Assembly: GCA_052327205.1 (NCBI GenBank)
Contig: CM126204.1
Location: 323,268,001 to 323,332,000 of the forward strand
From: Somniosus microcephalus
Taxonomy: Eukaryota
Direction of reading: 5' to 3'
DNA length: 64,000 bases
A program made the translations under genes and the position numbers. The notes beneath the pieces were generated by a model, which saw nothing but the letters and a program-made list of their open reading frames with translations, did not search any database and was not told the origin of the DNA. Below, in pieces: positions 25,001-38,759 of the stretch; positions within the stretch are counted from its first letter, which is position 1; each line of letters starts with the position of its first letter.

Positions 25001-27616
25001 CCTTGAGGTAATCTGTTGCAGAACGAGATTGGCAGCGGTCTCCTGCACATTTTATCTTCGGGTATGTGTATGGCATGGGGATACCTAGAGAAGAGAAAAT
25101 GGAGCGTGCAGGGAATGACAGCACCATGCCTAAAACAACAACATGCTGCACCATGGAGTACAAAGACACAGCTTCACCCTGTGATCTCCACCACACCCCA
25201 GTCCCCCACTCCCACACCCTCAGCCATGCTGTGGTATAGAGGTACTAAATGAAAGCCAGCACTTTCCCCACAGGGAAAAATGGAGGATGCTCTCCCGTAC
25301 ATGAGAAGCCTGGGAGCAAGTCACATGATTACCCTCTCAACAGCCTCGGTTTGCAGTGCGTTGAGGCCAAGAAAAGCACAGAGAAGAAAATAATCATCTT
25401 GAAAAGGGAGAGTCTTGCCTAAAAAAACCCACAAGAAATACATTTTGCCAGTGTGTTGCTATTGAGAGAAAGGAAACTATCTGGAGATGGCAGGTTTTAT
25501 CTTTGTAATGCATGGAATATAATAGTCAAAAATGGCCAGTAAATTAGAATATAACAAATTCTGTAATTATTGTTACTGTATAATGATATATGTGAATACC
25601 TGATAAATGAGTACTATTATTGTCCTATATGAGCAGAAATTGAAAATCCCAAAACACTTTTGCTCTGCAGCCTATTAGCTGAATTATTTTAGCTGTTTAT
25701 TTCTATTAATTGAATTCGTTTTTGCCAGATTACACATTTTTTAACAGGTTTCCAGCCCAAATTACATTCACATTGAGTAAAAAAGTCATCACTTCTGCTA
25801 TTTGTACAGTCTCTCTAACGGCAGTAAATTAACTGTAATAATAAAGGATGATGTGATTGTAGATCGTGGCCACACTCTATCTAAGGTGCTGCACCACGGA
25901 ATGAGAGGAAAGGCTTTTTCACTTTTAACTCCTGACAGGACAACATTCCAGTCTTGGCCGTGCCATCGGGTGCAACCCCTGGGCATAGGTCAAGGTCTCC
26001 AACAGAGGGAAGGAAGGAAATTCCAGTTGACCTCATGCATCGCCCAGCAGATGGTTTAAGGGTAGAACTGGTGGAGGTATGATAGCAGATCATCAGCTCA
26101 GCCCTGCAGTTTCTGAAGATGAGGTGAAAATAAAATACTTCAACTTTAGGGTGGAAAAAATATGAAAATAGTATGAATTGTTTATATATTTTGATAAATG
26201 CTATCATACAATTGAAAATGTGGAACTTTTAAGAAATAATGTTACCGTGTAAATCCCTCATAAGTGAATACTTCTGATAAATTAAACATTTTGGAAAGGA
26301 GCAGCATGCTTGATATCCTCCTGCAAATGAGGGTAGTTTTTAAAAATATATTTTTAATTATCATTTTTGTCAACTCTATGATCTCTCTGAGGTAGTCCTG
26401 TCTCTCTCTCTCCAGTTAAACTGTTGGTGATCGATATGATAGTGAGCCTATATCGTTTCTGTTGCTGTGCCATATGCTCCCCAGGAAAATGGGGATCGAA
26501 TAGACGGGAGTGACCAGCTACAGTTTGCACAACTAATCAATGGTTAAAGTGGGAATTCTGTGTAGTATATGGGTGCGGGGGGGGGGGGGGGGCGGTGGTG
26601 GGCAGGTGGTGAAAGATCGTGAAGGAATACTTTTGAAAAATGACAATTTCTGGTTGACAAAAAATATAAATTATCATCCAACTTTATTTATTTAGTTTTT
26701 TGACTGATTATTCAAACAATTTTGAAAGGCTAATATAATCCCTATCAATGATCGCTTAAGGGTAAAGACTAAGAGGGTGTAGGGAGCAGAACCGTTAGCA
26801 TCTGATTCAAGAGCGACCCAGGTAAACGCTCAGGAAATGGGTGAACTGTCTTCCTGTTTAATTACAAACTGCTACTGATCGGTAACTGCCTGTCAGGAGG
26901 TGTTCACAGTAAGTGTCCTCTTCATGTGGAGACGCAACTGACTTTTTCCCTGCATCTCCTCTGGCTCAGGAATTCTCTTTGTAGGGAATCATAGGCACAA
27001 ACCATTTATGTTAAGCAGATTATATATTTTTCCTTGAATCGCTTTTAGTTAGATCCCAGAGGTGGCAATAGAAAGGATGCTATCTCTTTTAATGTGCTAT
27101 CAAATGACTCAAAGTAATATTGCACAGACCTCTAAATCAATGTGATAACTGACCTTTATAATGCAACTCTCAACTTTGTCTCCTAAATCTATTTAAAACA
27201 CCTTGGAATTTTGGTACATGGGTAAAACCTTGTTCAGCTCTGGCTGTCGATAATCTGGAAATCCAATTTTTTCTCTTTTTTTCTCTTCTGCTAAACAGGA
27301 GTAATGTCACTTTGACATGTGTGCGTTTGGACAGCTGATGTGCTTTCAGATGAGATGCAATTTATTGTGTGATGTGTTATACAGAAACTGCCAAAACACA
27401 CACATGATTATTTCGCACTACATATAAATAATTACAACGTGCTTTGCAACAGTTTGCACTGTAGGGAGATTTAAAAAATAATAATACCGGGCAATATTAT
27501 GAATAACAAAAAGCATTAGCATGTTGTAACAGTACTCATGCAGAAAATGATCTGGAACAATGGGCAAGACATGAACTGCAATAAAGTAAAATAATTATTT
27601 CCTGTTTCTTCAACAG

Positions 27617-27662
27617 TAAGCATTCCATGTTGAAGGACAGCACAATCCAGGGGACTGTGAAG
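27617..27662 (+). CDS. RNF220: RNF220 internal coding exon (46 nt, phase 2/0), xKHSMLKDSTIQGTVK
   Basis: Acceptor ttatttcctgtttcttcaacag, donor AAG|gtaagt. Only one open frame, which aligns to human RNF220 SKNSLLKDAMAPGTPK (recalled) and joins in frame to the 45688 exon. Confidence 0.88.
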
Positions 27663-28609
27663 GTAAGTGAGCCTGAGTAAATGTTAAAAATGAGAGAGCT
27701 ATGTCGAAGATGGATGAAAGAGAATGGAAATAAACAAGAAGGAAAGAGAGGAGAGAGACAGAGAGAAAAGAAATCTGCATGCAAGAAATGTGCAAGGTAC
27801 AAAGGAAAAAGAGACCTGAGAAACTAAAAATGATATAGTATTTCAAATGGGGAAATGAAAGAAAGAAGATACAGAGATATGAGAGTGCAAAAAGCTCAAA
27901 GAAATGGAGAGAACTAGGAAGAGAGACTGAGGGACAGAGCCTTTTAACTGGCATGAGAACAGTCTAGTCCCTGGAGCGCCTCATTTCAAGTTAAGTTAGA
28001 ATTAAGTCCTTGTTAAACAAGCACTCTTCAAGGACTTTCAGCTGCCTTCAGAGTGGGATTAAGGAGCAGAAAATATCGCAGGCCCCCGTCAATCCTGTGT
28101 AAGAATAAGCTGTTAAAAGGCAGCACCATAAGATGACTAACTTTTGGCAGCTACTGTAGCCTTTATTGCAGGGACCTTTTTCCTGAATTTGTTGATGCTG
28201 TGAGAATATTAATGTCAAGGACCTTTAAAAGGAGAATTTACAAGACCACTTTCTTTTTTTCAAATATGGCCTCCTTTCCTCTGGAGTCAAGACTTTCTTC
28301 CTCATAACTCATGAATTATTTTATGCCTAAGTAACTGGAATATTATTAGATATGAATGAAGAGTGTCAATAGAATTAAAACAAAATCATTATTTTGTTAA
28401 TTAAAATAAATAATGAACTTAAAACATATCTATTACTCTTTAACCATTGGGCTACACAAGATAACTTTGAAACACAGAGAATATTTAAAACTGTTCTGTT
28501 ATATGGCACTAGAAATTTATTAACTTACCAACTTGATGGATAGACACTGCTTAAGATTTATCATGGTAATATTTCTTCATAAGTTTTCTCTTCTCCACAA
28601 AAAATTCCT

Positions 28610-28987
28610 CTGCCAATTTCTCCCTTCTCCTACTCCTCTGAAGATGCTGACTCCTTGTTGGGTATCCTCTGATGCCTCACCCAAATGACCATTGTTCACA
28701 TGAGCTTCGATGCTGAGTGCCAGAAGGCAAGTTGACTGCAGTGGACATCATATCTGAGCCCGATCCGAGCCTCACCTGATGCCCATATTAGAATGCTTCA
28801 AGCATGGGTGGCTGGAAAATGATCAGGAACAGGAATCCTGACCATTAATCCAAGTGTGTTCAGGGTCAATTGTAGCACTCCTCCTGCCACCATGTCCAAG
28901 ATCAGCAAACTCATTGTAGTAATGGTTGAACCTGGGATCTTCCTTGTCGATATGACTCACTAGGATAAATTCACTATTGGAGGAGCC
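28610..28987 (-). mobile_element. Ancient tRNA-headed SINE-like repeat (family unnamed); related copies at about 36700-36900 and 47385-47772
   Basis: Three degenerate colinear copies, with a B-box-like cccaggttcaacc near the minus-strand 5' end. Confidence 0.45.
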
Positions 28988-29080
28988 AAAATTACAATGT
29001 TATCAAACCTTATTCTTTAACAGATGATTAATATTTTGCAACTCCGTAGTGCCTGCACTAGAGATTTTCTTTATACATGT

Positions 29081-30635
29081 CAAATCAAAATCAAATCAAC
29101 TTTTATTGTCATTGTTAGTGCACAAGTGCAGTACAACGAAATGTAGGCTTGCGGCTCCCGAGAGTGTACATTTAGATTAAGACATTTAAACATTCAACAT
29201 ACATTTGGCTTGTAATACATTAACATAAACATAACCATAATAAAGTGCATTGGCAGATGTGCAGGCTTTAGAGTTTATTTGTGGAGTTCAGTAGGATGAC
29301 AGCCCTGGGAAAGAAGCTGTTCCTAAATCTGGTCGTACGGGTGCGAATGCATCTGTAGCGTCTCCCAGATGGCAGGAGGGCGAACAGACTGTGGCTGGGG
29401 TGGGTAGGGTCTTTGATGATGGACCGTGACCTCCGTAAACAGCGTTTCTGGTATATGTGCTCTATGGTCGGTAGCCGGGTGCCAGTAATGCGTTGGGCAG
29501 TTTTGACTACCCGCTGCAGGGCTTTCCGGTCATAGTAGCTACAGCTGCCATACCATACTGTGATACAGTTTGTCAGGATGCTCTCTATTGTGCAGCGGTA
29601 AAAGTTAGAGAGGATCAGGGGTGACAGGTTACATCCCTTCAGCCTCCTTAGGAAATATAGGCGCTGCTGGGCCTTCTTCACCAGAGAGGAGGTATTGAGG
29701 GACCAGGAGAGGTCTTCCGTGATGTGGACTCCGAGGAACTTAAAGCTGTCCACCCTTTCCACCACAGCCCCACTGATGTGGATGGGGGTGTGACTTCCGC
29801 CTTTAGACTTCCTGAAGTCCACAATGATTTCTTTGGTTTTCTTGATGTTAAGGGCCAGGTTGTTATCAGCGCACCACTTCACGAGATGCTGGACCTCCAC
29901 CCTGTAGGCTGACTCATCGTTGTTGGTGATCTGGCCTACTACCGTGGTATCATCCGCAAACTTGATGATGGTGTTGGAACCATGAACAGCCACACAGTCG
30001 TGGGTGAAGAGGGAGTAGAGGAGGGGGCTCAGCACACATCCTTGTGGGGCCCCCGTGTTCAGGGTCGGGGGGGGGGTGGGGAGGTGTGGTTACCTAATTT
30101 GACAGACTGGGGTCTGTTTGTTGGGAAGTCCAGGGTCCAGTTGCAGAGGGAAGTGTTCAGGCCAAGAGTTTGGAGTTTGGTGGCCAGCTTGTTGGGGACG
30201 ATAGTGTTGAATGCTGAGCTGTAGTCTATGAACAGCATTCTGATGTAGGTCTCCTTACCATCTAAGTGATTCAGTGCCGAGTGTAGAGCAGTTGTGATTG
30301 CATCCTCCGTTGATCTGTTTGCACGATAGGCAAACTGGTGTTGGTCAAGAGAGGCGGGAACACTGGCTTTGATGTGAGCCAGGACCAGTCTCTCGAAACA
30401 CTTCATTATGATGGGTGTGAGTGCGACAGGTCGATAGTCGTTCAGGCACGTCACAGCCGTTTGTTTTGGCACAGGAATAATGGTAGCGGTCTTGAAGCAT
30501 GTAGGGACTACTGCCTGGGCCAATGACAGATTGAAGATGGCGGTGAAGACATCAGCCAGCTGATCAGCACATTCCTTGAGTACCCGTCCAGGGATGCTAT
30601 CCGGTCCAGCAGCCTTTCGTGTGTTCACTCCGCGT
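29081..30635 (-). mobile_element. Rex1/Babar-clade LINE, 5'-truncated, nearly intact RT
   Basis: [58 protein letters not shown]. One frame break at the G-run near 30066-30081, then AATAAA and a (tttga)n tail. Confidence 0.92.
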
Positions 30636-32987
30636 ATCCAGCATTCACATGAAGGATTCTTTGCATCTGGTCACACCACAACATGGACATTAAGCGAGTG
30701 GTACCCCTTTCTGTTAAAAAAAAGTTGTATGGTCATCAGTAGGAGCTTGCAATGGTACATGGTTACCCACCTATTAAACCCTGGACTTTGGGAAACACAG
30801 CAATGCAATAAAACTGGATGGCACTATCATGCTGCTGCCCTGCTGATGTACCAAACCAGATGAGTTCCCTTGCTTTCCTAAGAAGTGTGCCGGTGACCAG
30901 ACAAATGCTTGGCAGTTTATCCCCTGGGCAATATTGCACAGATCCCCCCATGGCTGCTTGAAATGAACATGTGGCGTAAAGGTTGAGTGTGGGTGCCACT
31001 TTCACAACCACAGACAGGCAGATAATCCTGCCTGCAGGTCTTCATTTTTAGGTAGCATGTGCATGAAGGTATTTGTTAGTCATGATTGCTTTCAATGCAA
31101 GAAGAAAGTACTGAACCTCCATGACCAAATTACCAAAGAAAAGAGTTTTGGGGCCAAAAATAAAAATGGAAACTAGGTAGGGCAGTGGGTTAGAATATTG
31201 TCCATTCACCTCTGGCATCTCGATTGAATCCAATCTAAACTGATGGGATTTTAAAGTCTCCTCTCTCTGGCTGGGTATAAGGGCCTCACATGAAATGAAT
31301 TTGGGCAGCTTCACCCCAGTAATAGAATCATAGAATGATAGAATTTTATAGAAGGAGTCCTTTTGTGTTTGTGCCAGCTCTCTAGAAGTGCTATCCACTA
31401 GAAGCATAAGTCCAGAGCACAAAACTGCCCACAACCCTGTTCAGATTGGCACGAAACTTCACTCATAATGATAGGTGATATGTAAAAGGAAAACTCACGG
31501 TAGTGCAGAATGGACACTTTTCAAAGGTTGGTTTCAAGCACATTGTTGGGAAAAAGCAAGGGGAACTTTGCCATGCAGGTAGCCTACACAGTGGCAGCCC
31601 TGAGATTCATCAATACTGACACAAAAAAATTATAATTCCCCAGCATTGATAACTTTCACTTTAATAAGCACATAATTGACTAATAATTCACACATCCGAT
31701 ATTCTGGTGAGCCAGGTTGGGGCTGGGGGGGGGGGGGGAGGTGTTGTCCCTGGGTGCCTGGTTTTCATCTGCAGCCCGCCATCTCTATACTAACAATGCC
31801 CAACCCTCAAAATGGACCAGGTCTTCTGCCAGACGTACTGGCTGCCCTACGGTTACGCTCCGCAGGCTGACTGCCCGAACGCTACTGGGGAGGAGAATCT
31901 ACCCCAACGTTACTCTCGCCCATAAAACATTCAACAAGATAAAATATTAAAATAATGATGAACAAAATACAGTTTTCAAATGAATCACAAATGAACCCCA
32001 CTGAGCTCAGTCCACATGATGCCCATGGTCTGCCCTTAGTCCCAAAAGCTCTTCATTATTAAATTGTTATTTTCACACCGTCTATTCCTACTTGGCCTCC
32101 CCTGCTGAGATTAGCCCATATTTATGGAGAGTTATGTGTTCCAGATATGTTTAAAGAATATTTTCATTCCAGCTATCTGCCTTGGATTTTTCAGGTCCCA
32201 GAGATTAAAAGGTACAGTAATGCTAAAATCTACCGCAGGTTTCACTGCTCTAAGATGTGCAGCTGAATCCGAAAACTAGTTTTCTAAGAAATGTTACACT
32301 TGAATGAGGGTTTCTACAAATTGTGAATAAAAGGAAGCAATTGGTCAACTTCTATCCCACAGCCCACTTAACCATTTATTCAGCAATTCAATACGCAACA
32401 GGAAACTCTTAACAAAGGCATATGAGGAGATTTTTCTGTTTGCTGGGAGTTAATTATCGATAAATTGTGCCCCTCCAGCAAATGATTTCTCACCATAAAT
32501 TTTAATAGGTGGAAATTAATGGGCAGGTGGGCACAATTTCCAAACATGTGCTCCCAGTGTGTACTGAAGGAGAAAATCACCTTATGTTTTATTTTTTAAA
32601 AAGTGATTAGACTCTCAGGTAGAAATTTTTATTTTATGCCCAAACCAGGGCTCAACAGAAATTGGGCCTTAGGCATCATTTTAATAATACTGACGAACTG
32701 CCGGGCCCTGTTGCGCCTCCAGAGGCAGGTCATTGCTTTGCCGGGATCCAATTTGGGCCGTCTCCCTCTCTGGCAGCAACCTGCAGGTAAATCCAGGGCA
32801 GAGGGGGAGGCAAACAGGAGAGGGGCTAGCGCGAGCCGGTAGCAGCTCGCATAATAACGTGGAGGCGGGAGGAGCTCTCTGGACAGGAGGTTCCTCCTTC
32901 TCCTGTGCCACAACTAGCTGCACCTGCATGTTTGTGCTGTGTGTCTTACCCAGTGCAGTGCCCTCTAGTTCACTCTCCCTGGGCTTG

Positions 32988-33167
32988 NNNNNNNNNNNNN
33001 NNNNNNNNNNNNNNNNNNNNNNNNNNNNNNNNNNNNNNNNNNNNNNNNNNNNNNNNNNNNNNNNNNNNNNNNNNNNNNNNNNNNNNNNNNNNNNNNNNNN
33101 NNNNNNNNNNNNNNNNNNNNNNNNNNNNNNNNNNNNNNNNNNNNNNNNNNNNNNNNNNNNNNNNNNN
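32988..33167. other. Assembly gap (180 N)
   Basis: Run of N. Confidence 1.
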
Positions 33168-33307
33168 TTTCCAGCATAGCTAGAGACAGAGGGCAGAAAG
33201 ACAAGTTACATTGATGTCCTGATGAGCAGCTTGCACATATAGCTTTCAGAAGAAGGAGTGGTATAGTAAATGGTTTCAGTTTATGTTTGCTAGCAGTTAG
33301 TGAAAGA

Positions 33308-33460
33308 GAAAGGGAATTGGATATATACTTGAAAAGGACAAGTTTGCAGGGCTATGCGGAAAGAGCAGGGGAGTGGGACTAATTGGTAGCTCTTTCAAAG
33401 AGCCGACACAGGGAGCTGGGACGAATGGCCTCCTTCTGTGCTGTATTATTCTATGATTCT
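33308..33460 (+). mobile_element. CR1 3' tail
   Basis: Colinear with 50605-50745, ends ctgtattattctatgattct. Confidence 0.75.
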
Positions 33461-36357
33461 AAAAGAAGAGCAGCAGAAGTTGGTACTGAATCTTGAACCT
33501 TCTACTTCCCCATCCCTACTCTTTATGGCCTCCCTTCCGATAATTTGGAGGGCTTCTTCCTCACATAGGGTATGAGGTCTAATGTTAGGGGGTCCTTCTT
33601 CTGTGATCTCTTGCAGTTGTTATGGGAAGTCTGCAAAAAGAGTATGAGAAGTTGCAGTTGTGGAGATGAGATGCAGCAATGGCCAAATGGTAGCATGCAG
33701 TCTATAGTAGATGACATATTTATACAACATTCAGCTCCATGTAATGAGAAATTAGAGCCTATTTGCACGCAAATGATTTAACTCTCTGCATGGCTAAAGG
33801 ATAATTTAGTTCTATGAGTTATGTTATGATTAAGAATTCCTTACAGTGTAACTGAAAGGTTTGAGTTTTGGCAGATTAAAATTCTGTGCTTGGATCAAGT
33901 ATGTATTTACCTGGAATCTTTTGTGTTCAAATAGTTTCAATTTTGCAGTTTGAATTTTAACATAGATAGCAGATGCCCACTAAACCTACGTTACGAATTT
34001 GTGTCTGTCGTGGATAAACCTGTCCGGTTCAGTGACATGAGGAGTCAATCTATCTACATCGACAATCAGCACCTAGCTAGCCATCTAATGCATTACAAGC
34101 TTATGGGGTCTCCCGGTTTGCGTAGCACTATTTCTAAAAGACCAGCGGTGTTTGATTTGTGGCCTACCTCACCACATTTAAAACATCTGAGTTCCTTCTC
34201 TTCAGATATCTGCTTTCTGCTTGGCTGCCCCCCTCTGGCCTAGCCCGGGATGGGTTAAGCAGTTGGCTTGCTGAGCCGCTGGTGCGTGGGACAACATAAG
34301 GCAGTTGGCCTCCCACCCATGCGACGGCTTACCTGTGCTTGCGAGGCCATATAAAAATAAGCACGTGTGCCTCACTACTCGATAGTTTTCCACAGTGATC
34401 AAGTAATCAGATTCTTAAATCGTCTGGTACTATCTCCAGAAATGAGTTCCTTAATATTAAATAGGAAAGATCTTCGTAGTCTGTTAATGCCTTTGCTTTC
34501 CAGTCACATCTGCCATGTGTATCAATCTGGATAACCATTTCCCTATCAGTACTGACTGGATACTGTGTTTCTTAAATTTTTGCCTCTATTTTAACTTGGT
34601 TCGCTGGTTGGGAATGGGATAGTAGCAGCCCTAAAATCAGAGTCGTACGCCTACTGGCCCATCCCACCTGTCACCATTTTGCCTAGGGCATTTGCAAGGG
34701 CAGTATTGGGTCCTATGACATACATTGGACCCCAATTGCAATTTTGTGGTACAGGTGGGTGGAGTGTGCGCCATGAACGCGCCATCCATTTGTACCAGGT
34801 GGGCAAGGGCGACCACTGGACGCCACTCACAAAATGGCCCCAGAAATATTCTTTTTTTTTTTGGCGAGACCAGGAGAAGCAGGAGTGGGCCCACAGAAAA
34901 ATCCGAGGTCTCCCCTCGGATCACCTCTCCACCCCCACTACGTCTCCAACTGTCACCTGCAGCTCACCAGCAAAGGGAATTGAGGCCCAGGCCTCTGAAT
35001 GAACCGGGCCTCCTGCCGGCAAGAACAGACAGGTGGTTGGCTAGCATTGCTATGTGTTAGTATGAGACTTTATGCCAGGAATTTCAGGTTTCTTGGTAGA
35101 AATCTGGAGGGAAAATATGACAGTACCGGAGAACAGAATTCCTGTTTTTCATTTTGCACCTTGTGACATCATCGTCTGCCTTTCACATCAGTTAGGGCAT
35201 AAGTCATGTCGAGTACAAAGTTCCCCTACCACTGCTTTGACAATGTACCTCAATTCCCAGTCTCTGAAGAACACTTCTGCAGTACTCTGACATTTCATTT
35301 CTGCACTCACTGCCATCAACTTCTCCCACACGTTGTTCAAACCAGGTTGTAGCGATAACAATGTATTAACCCTACGCCAGCCAATCGCCTCCCAACACGG
35401 AGAAAGCCTATTCAAATTTACTCATCATTCCAGTATTTTTTACACTGCAACAATTTTTGATTCCACAAAGTTAATTAGAACAATCAGTCCTCTCACGTTG
35501 GTGCAGTAGGGAACACTCTTTCTCAAGTTAGTGTTTAGTACATTGCTGTGGCGATGTAGTGGGATCCTTAACCCTGCATCCGTTCAGTGATTGTTGGAAT
35601 CAATGGTATATTTAAAATACAGTTTATAATGCCAGAGAGTTTGGCTGCTAAATAGTGACTGGTTTGAGGAAAGAAGTACAGAAGTACTTGTTCAAACAAA
35701 GGAAAGAAAAAATAGAACCGGAGAGTCAGCTTTACAGTGAGCTGAGTTTTTTTTAAAATTCATTCCACTGACAACCCAGCAGATACGGAAAAAAAAGAGA
35801 GCGAGAGAGAAAGCCTCCCAGATTTCTTCTTTCAGCCGTCTGTAAATGAGGGGATAGCACTTAATAGTCTCAAATGGCTGCCTTAAAGGGAATTCAGTTA
35901 ACAAAATGTCAGAGGGAAATGCACTTCCATTCACTTTATGACACATGATCCTGCACGCGTAGGGAAACAATATTTACAATGTGCTAGCAATTTCAATTCA
36001 TTTTGGAGATGTACGACGAAGATTAATTTGTGGGATAGAAAATAGCAAGGAAAAGATGTCTAATGCTTCTCTCTAAAAAGGAGCTGTCTCGAAGTCAGAG
36101 GTGTTGGAGCCACCAGGCTTGCAAAGATTAATTGCCTTGCTGCTATTAAACCTAAAATTAGCTGGTGGGGGAACATCATGTAAAAGGTTGAAAAGCCATG
36201 AATTATTATTTTTAAGCTCTTACCTTTTGAAGATACTTTTCCCTCTTGCAAATGTCACTTGTGCTGAGCTAGCTGGTTGTGTAAAAGTTATGTTTTTTAA
36301 TCATGCTGCGCAAATTATTTTTTTGATTAATTTTTCCTCGCTTTTATCGTTTCTCAG

Positions 36358-36432
36358 TCTCTCAGCACAACTGCTGACCTGCACGCCACCCATTCTTCCA
36401 GCGCTGAAGGATGTAAAGGAGGGAGAGGACAG
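36358..36432 (+). CDS. RNF220: Candidate alternative cassette exon of RNF220 (75 nt, phase 0/0), SLSTTADLHATHSSSAEGCKGGRGQ
   Basis: Acceptor ttttcctcgcttttatcgtttctcag, donor CAG|gtgaat. Open, frame-preserving, inside a phase-0 intron and a repeat-free block. Confidence 0.5.
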
Positions 36433-36898
36433 GTGAATGAGTCGCAGGGGCCCCTTGATTTTGTGCTTCCTACAGAGCCCAGCGTGGCAGAAATATATCT
36501 AAGTATTGAGTATTCCAGTAACATGTTGCAAAAGACATTGTCCTTTACTGTCACATGGTGCTGTATCATTACGAGTTCTTACATCACAATGCTTTTAGCA
36601 TTCGCTTTCCTTTCACATGGCGTAAACACTATAATGGAGGAATCTGCTGATGACTTTTGAATAAAATTGCATTTAAAAAAAATTCAAATAAACCCCCCCA
36701 TCCCCTCCCCCAAATTGCCGACTGATTTTGGGGTCCAGCCAACCTCCAGTAGCTTATGCGAGTGGCTATTCGTCATATCTGAACCTAGATGGCAGTGAGT
36801 GGTAACAGCCTGTTCAACTGTGGGGTAAAGGACTGTTAAGCCCAATCCTGTCCTCCCTCAATATCCTGCATTTGCAGTTTTCAGCAGGGGCCTTTGGA

Positions 36899-37728
36899 TA
36901 TAGAATCATAGAATAGTACAGCACAGAAGGAGGCCATTCTGCCCATCGAGTCTGCACAATTCAGTTAGTCCCACTCCCCCACTCTTTCCCCATATCCCTG
37001 CAATTTTTTCTCCTTTGAGTATTTATCCAATTCCCTTGTGAAGGTTCATATTGAATCTGTATCCACCACCCTATCAGTGTATTCCAAATCCTAACCACTC
37101 GTTGTGTAAAAATGTTTTTCCTCATGTCGCCTCTGGTTCTTTTGCCAATCACCTTAAATCTGTGCTCTCTGGTTACCAACCCTTCAGCCATTGGAAGTAG
37201 TTTCTCTTTATTTACTCTATCTGAACCCATCATGATTTTAAACACCTCTATCAAATCTCCTCTTAGCCTTCTCTGCTATAAGAAGAACAACCCCAGCTTC
37301 TCCAGTCTCTCCATGTAACTGTAATCCCTCATTTCTGGAACCATTCTAGTAAATCTCTTCTGCATCCTCTCCAAAGCCTTCACGTCCTTCCTAAAGCGTG
37401 GTGCCCAGAATTGGATATAATACTCCAGATGGGGCCGAACTACTGTTTTATAATAGGTTTAACATAACCTCCTGTTTTTTGTACTCTATGCCTCTATTTA
37501 TAAAGCCCAGGATCCCATATGCTTTATTAACTGCTTTGTTAACCTGCCCTGCCACCTTCAAAGATTTGTGCACAAACACCCCAGGTCTCTCTGTTCTTGC
37601 ACCCCCTTTAAAATTGTACCATTTAGCTTGTATTGTCTCTCCTCATTCTTCCTACCAAAATGTATCACCTCACAATTTTCTGTGTTGAATTTCATCTGCC
37701 ATGTGTCTGCCCATTCCACCAGCCTGTC
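36899..37728 (-). mobile_element. CR1 LINE 3' portion
   Basis: Minus ORF IEVFKIM..HRFKVIGKRTRGDMRKNIFTQRVVRIWN, (atagaatc) tail repeats. Confidence 0.88.
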
Positions 37729-38759
37729 TATTACTATCTTCCTCAGTGTTTACTACACTTCTAATCAACCAGGAATGGGAACCCTGGCTGATTGTGGCAT
37801 ACATGCCAACTGTACACATTTCACACGCACAGTCTGAATTTTCAGCGCAGTGTCTGCCGTTGGAAACCAGAGTTGCTCCAGTGTAATTATGCAGATGAGG
37901 CAGGAAGGGTCTTTCCCAGCCTCCTGCCTCAGTTTCCTCTTTGCTTGACCATTGGGCAGCAAACAGAGAGTACCTGCAGAAACCTGGCAGTAGGCCTTTC
38001 ACTTCAAACCTCTGAAGTAAGTGGTGACTGGTGAGTAGTTTTTTTTTATTCCCTCCCATGATAAATTCCAGGTCTCTCCAGCAGCAGCCAGACAGAAGGT
38101 CCTGATGCAAGCGGCCAGGAGTATATCCAGCTCATGCAAATGGCCCGTGTCAGGAAAATTGTGGGCAGTTCACTCAAATGCACAGTGCGTGTCTGGTTCA
38201 CTGGACCTACTGTGTACCCAGTGGGGGCCTGCAGAGGAAAACTGGCCCTAATTTTCCCACAAGAAATGAGGGGAAATCCCCATTTTCTTTGTCACAATCT
38301 TCCAGTATACAAGTGATTCAAATAGTGGGTATATCTGCAGCTTAAGTCATGACAAGCCTGCACTTTCACCTTAACTACATGTCATAGATATTCAGGTCTA
38401 TTTTTGAGTCTGCTTTTTTGAGGCTGGGTCAGCTTTTCCTCGTTTTGCAGGCTAGCATATGTGTAGTACAAACTTGGCTATAGTTTTGATAGAGGGCTTT
38501 CACAACCACTATGGATGCTGCGATAGCTGCACCTCCACATCATTCTCTCCAGCTAGAGAAAGCAAGAGAAATGTTAGGATTTACAGACACAGTCCTTACT
38601 GGCATGAGTTCACAATTCCAAGGCAAGGAAGGCAGTAGATTATAAGCTGCTAAATGTAGGAGTGTTGGTAATCTGGAAGATACCGCTAAATTGGGTTAAA
38701 TAAGAAGTTGTCGTCCATCACTGCTCCCATGCATATACCATTTTGTTTTACAAAATAAT

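Noticed and set aside
27265-27310. Strong-looking splice acceptor (…ctgctaaacag)
   Set aside because: No convincing donor or RNF220-like peptide follows.
1-27600. Search for the RNF220 CPICQ zinc-finger exon (and the ARIGKMKRRK exon after 54001)
   Set aside because: Not found by eye; presumed to lie outside the window.
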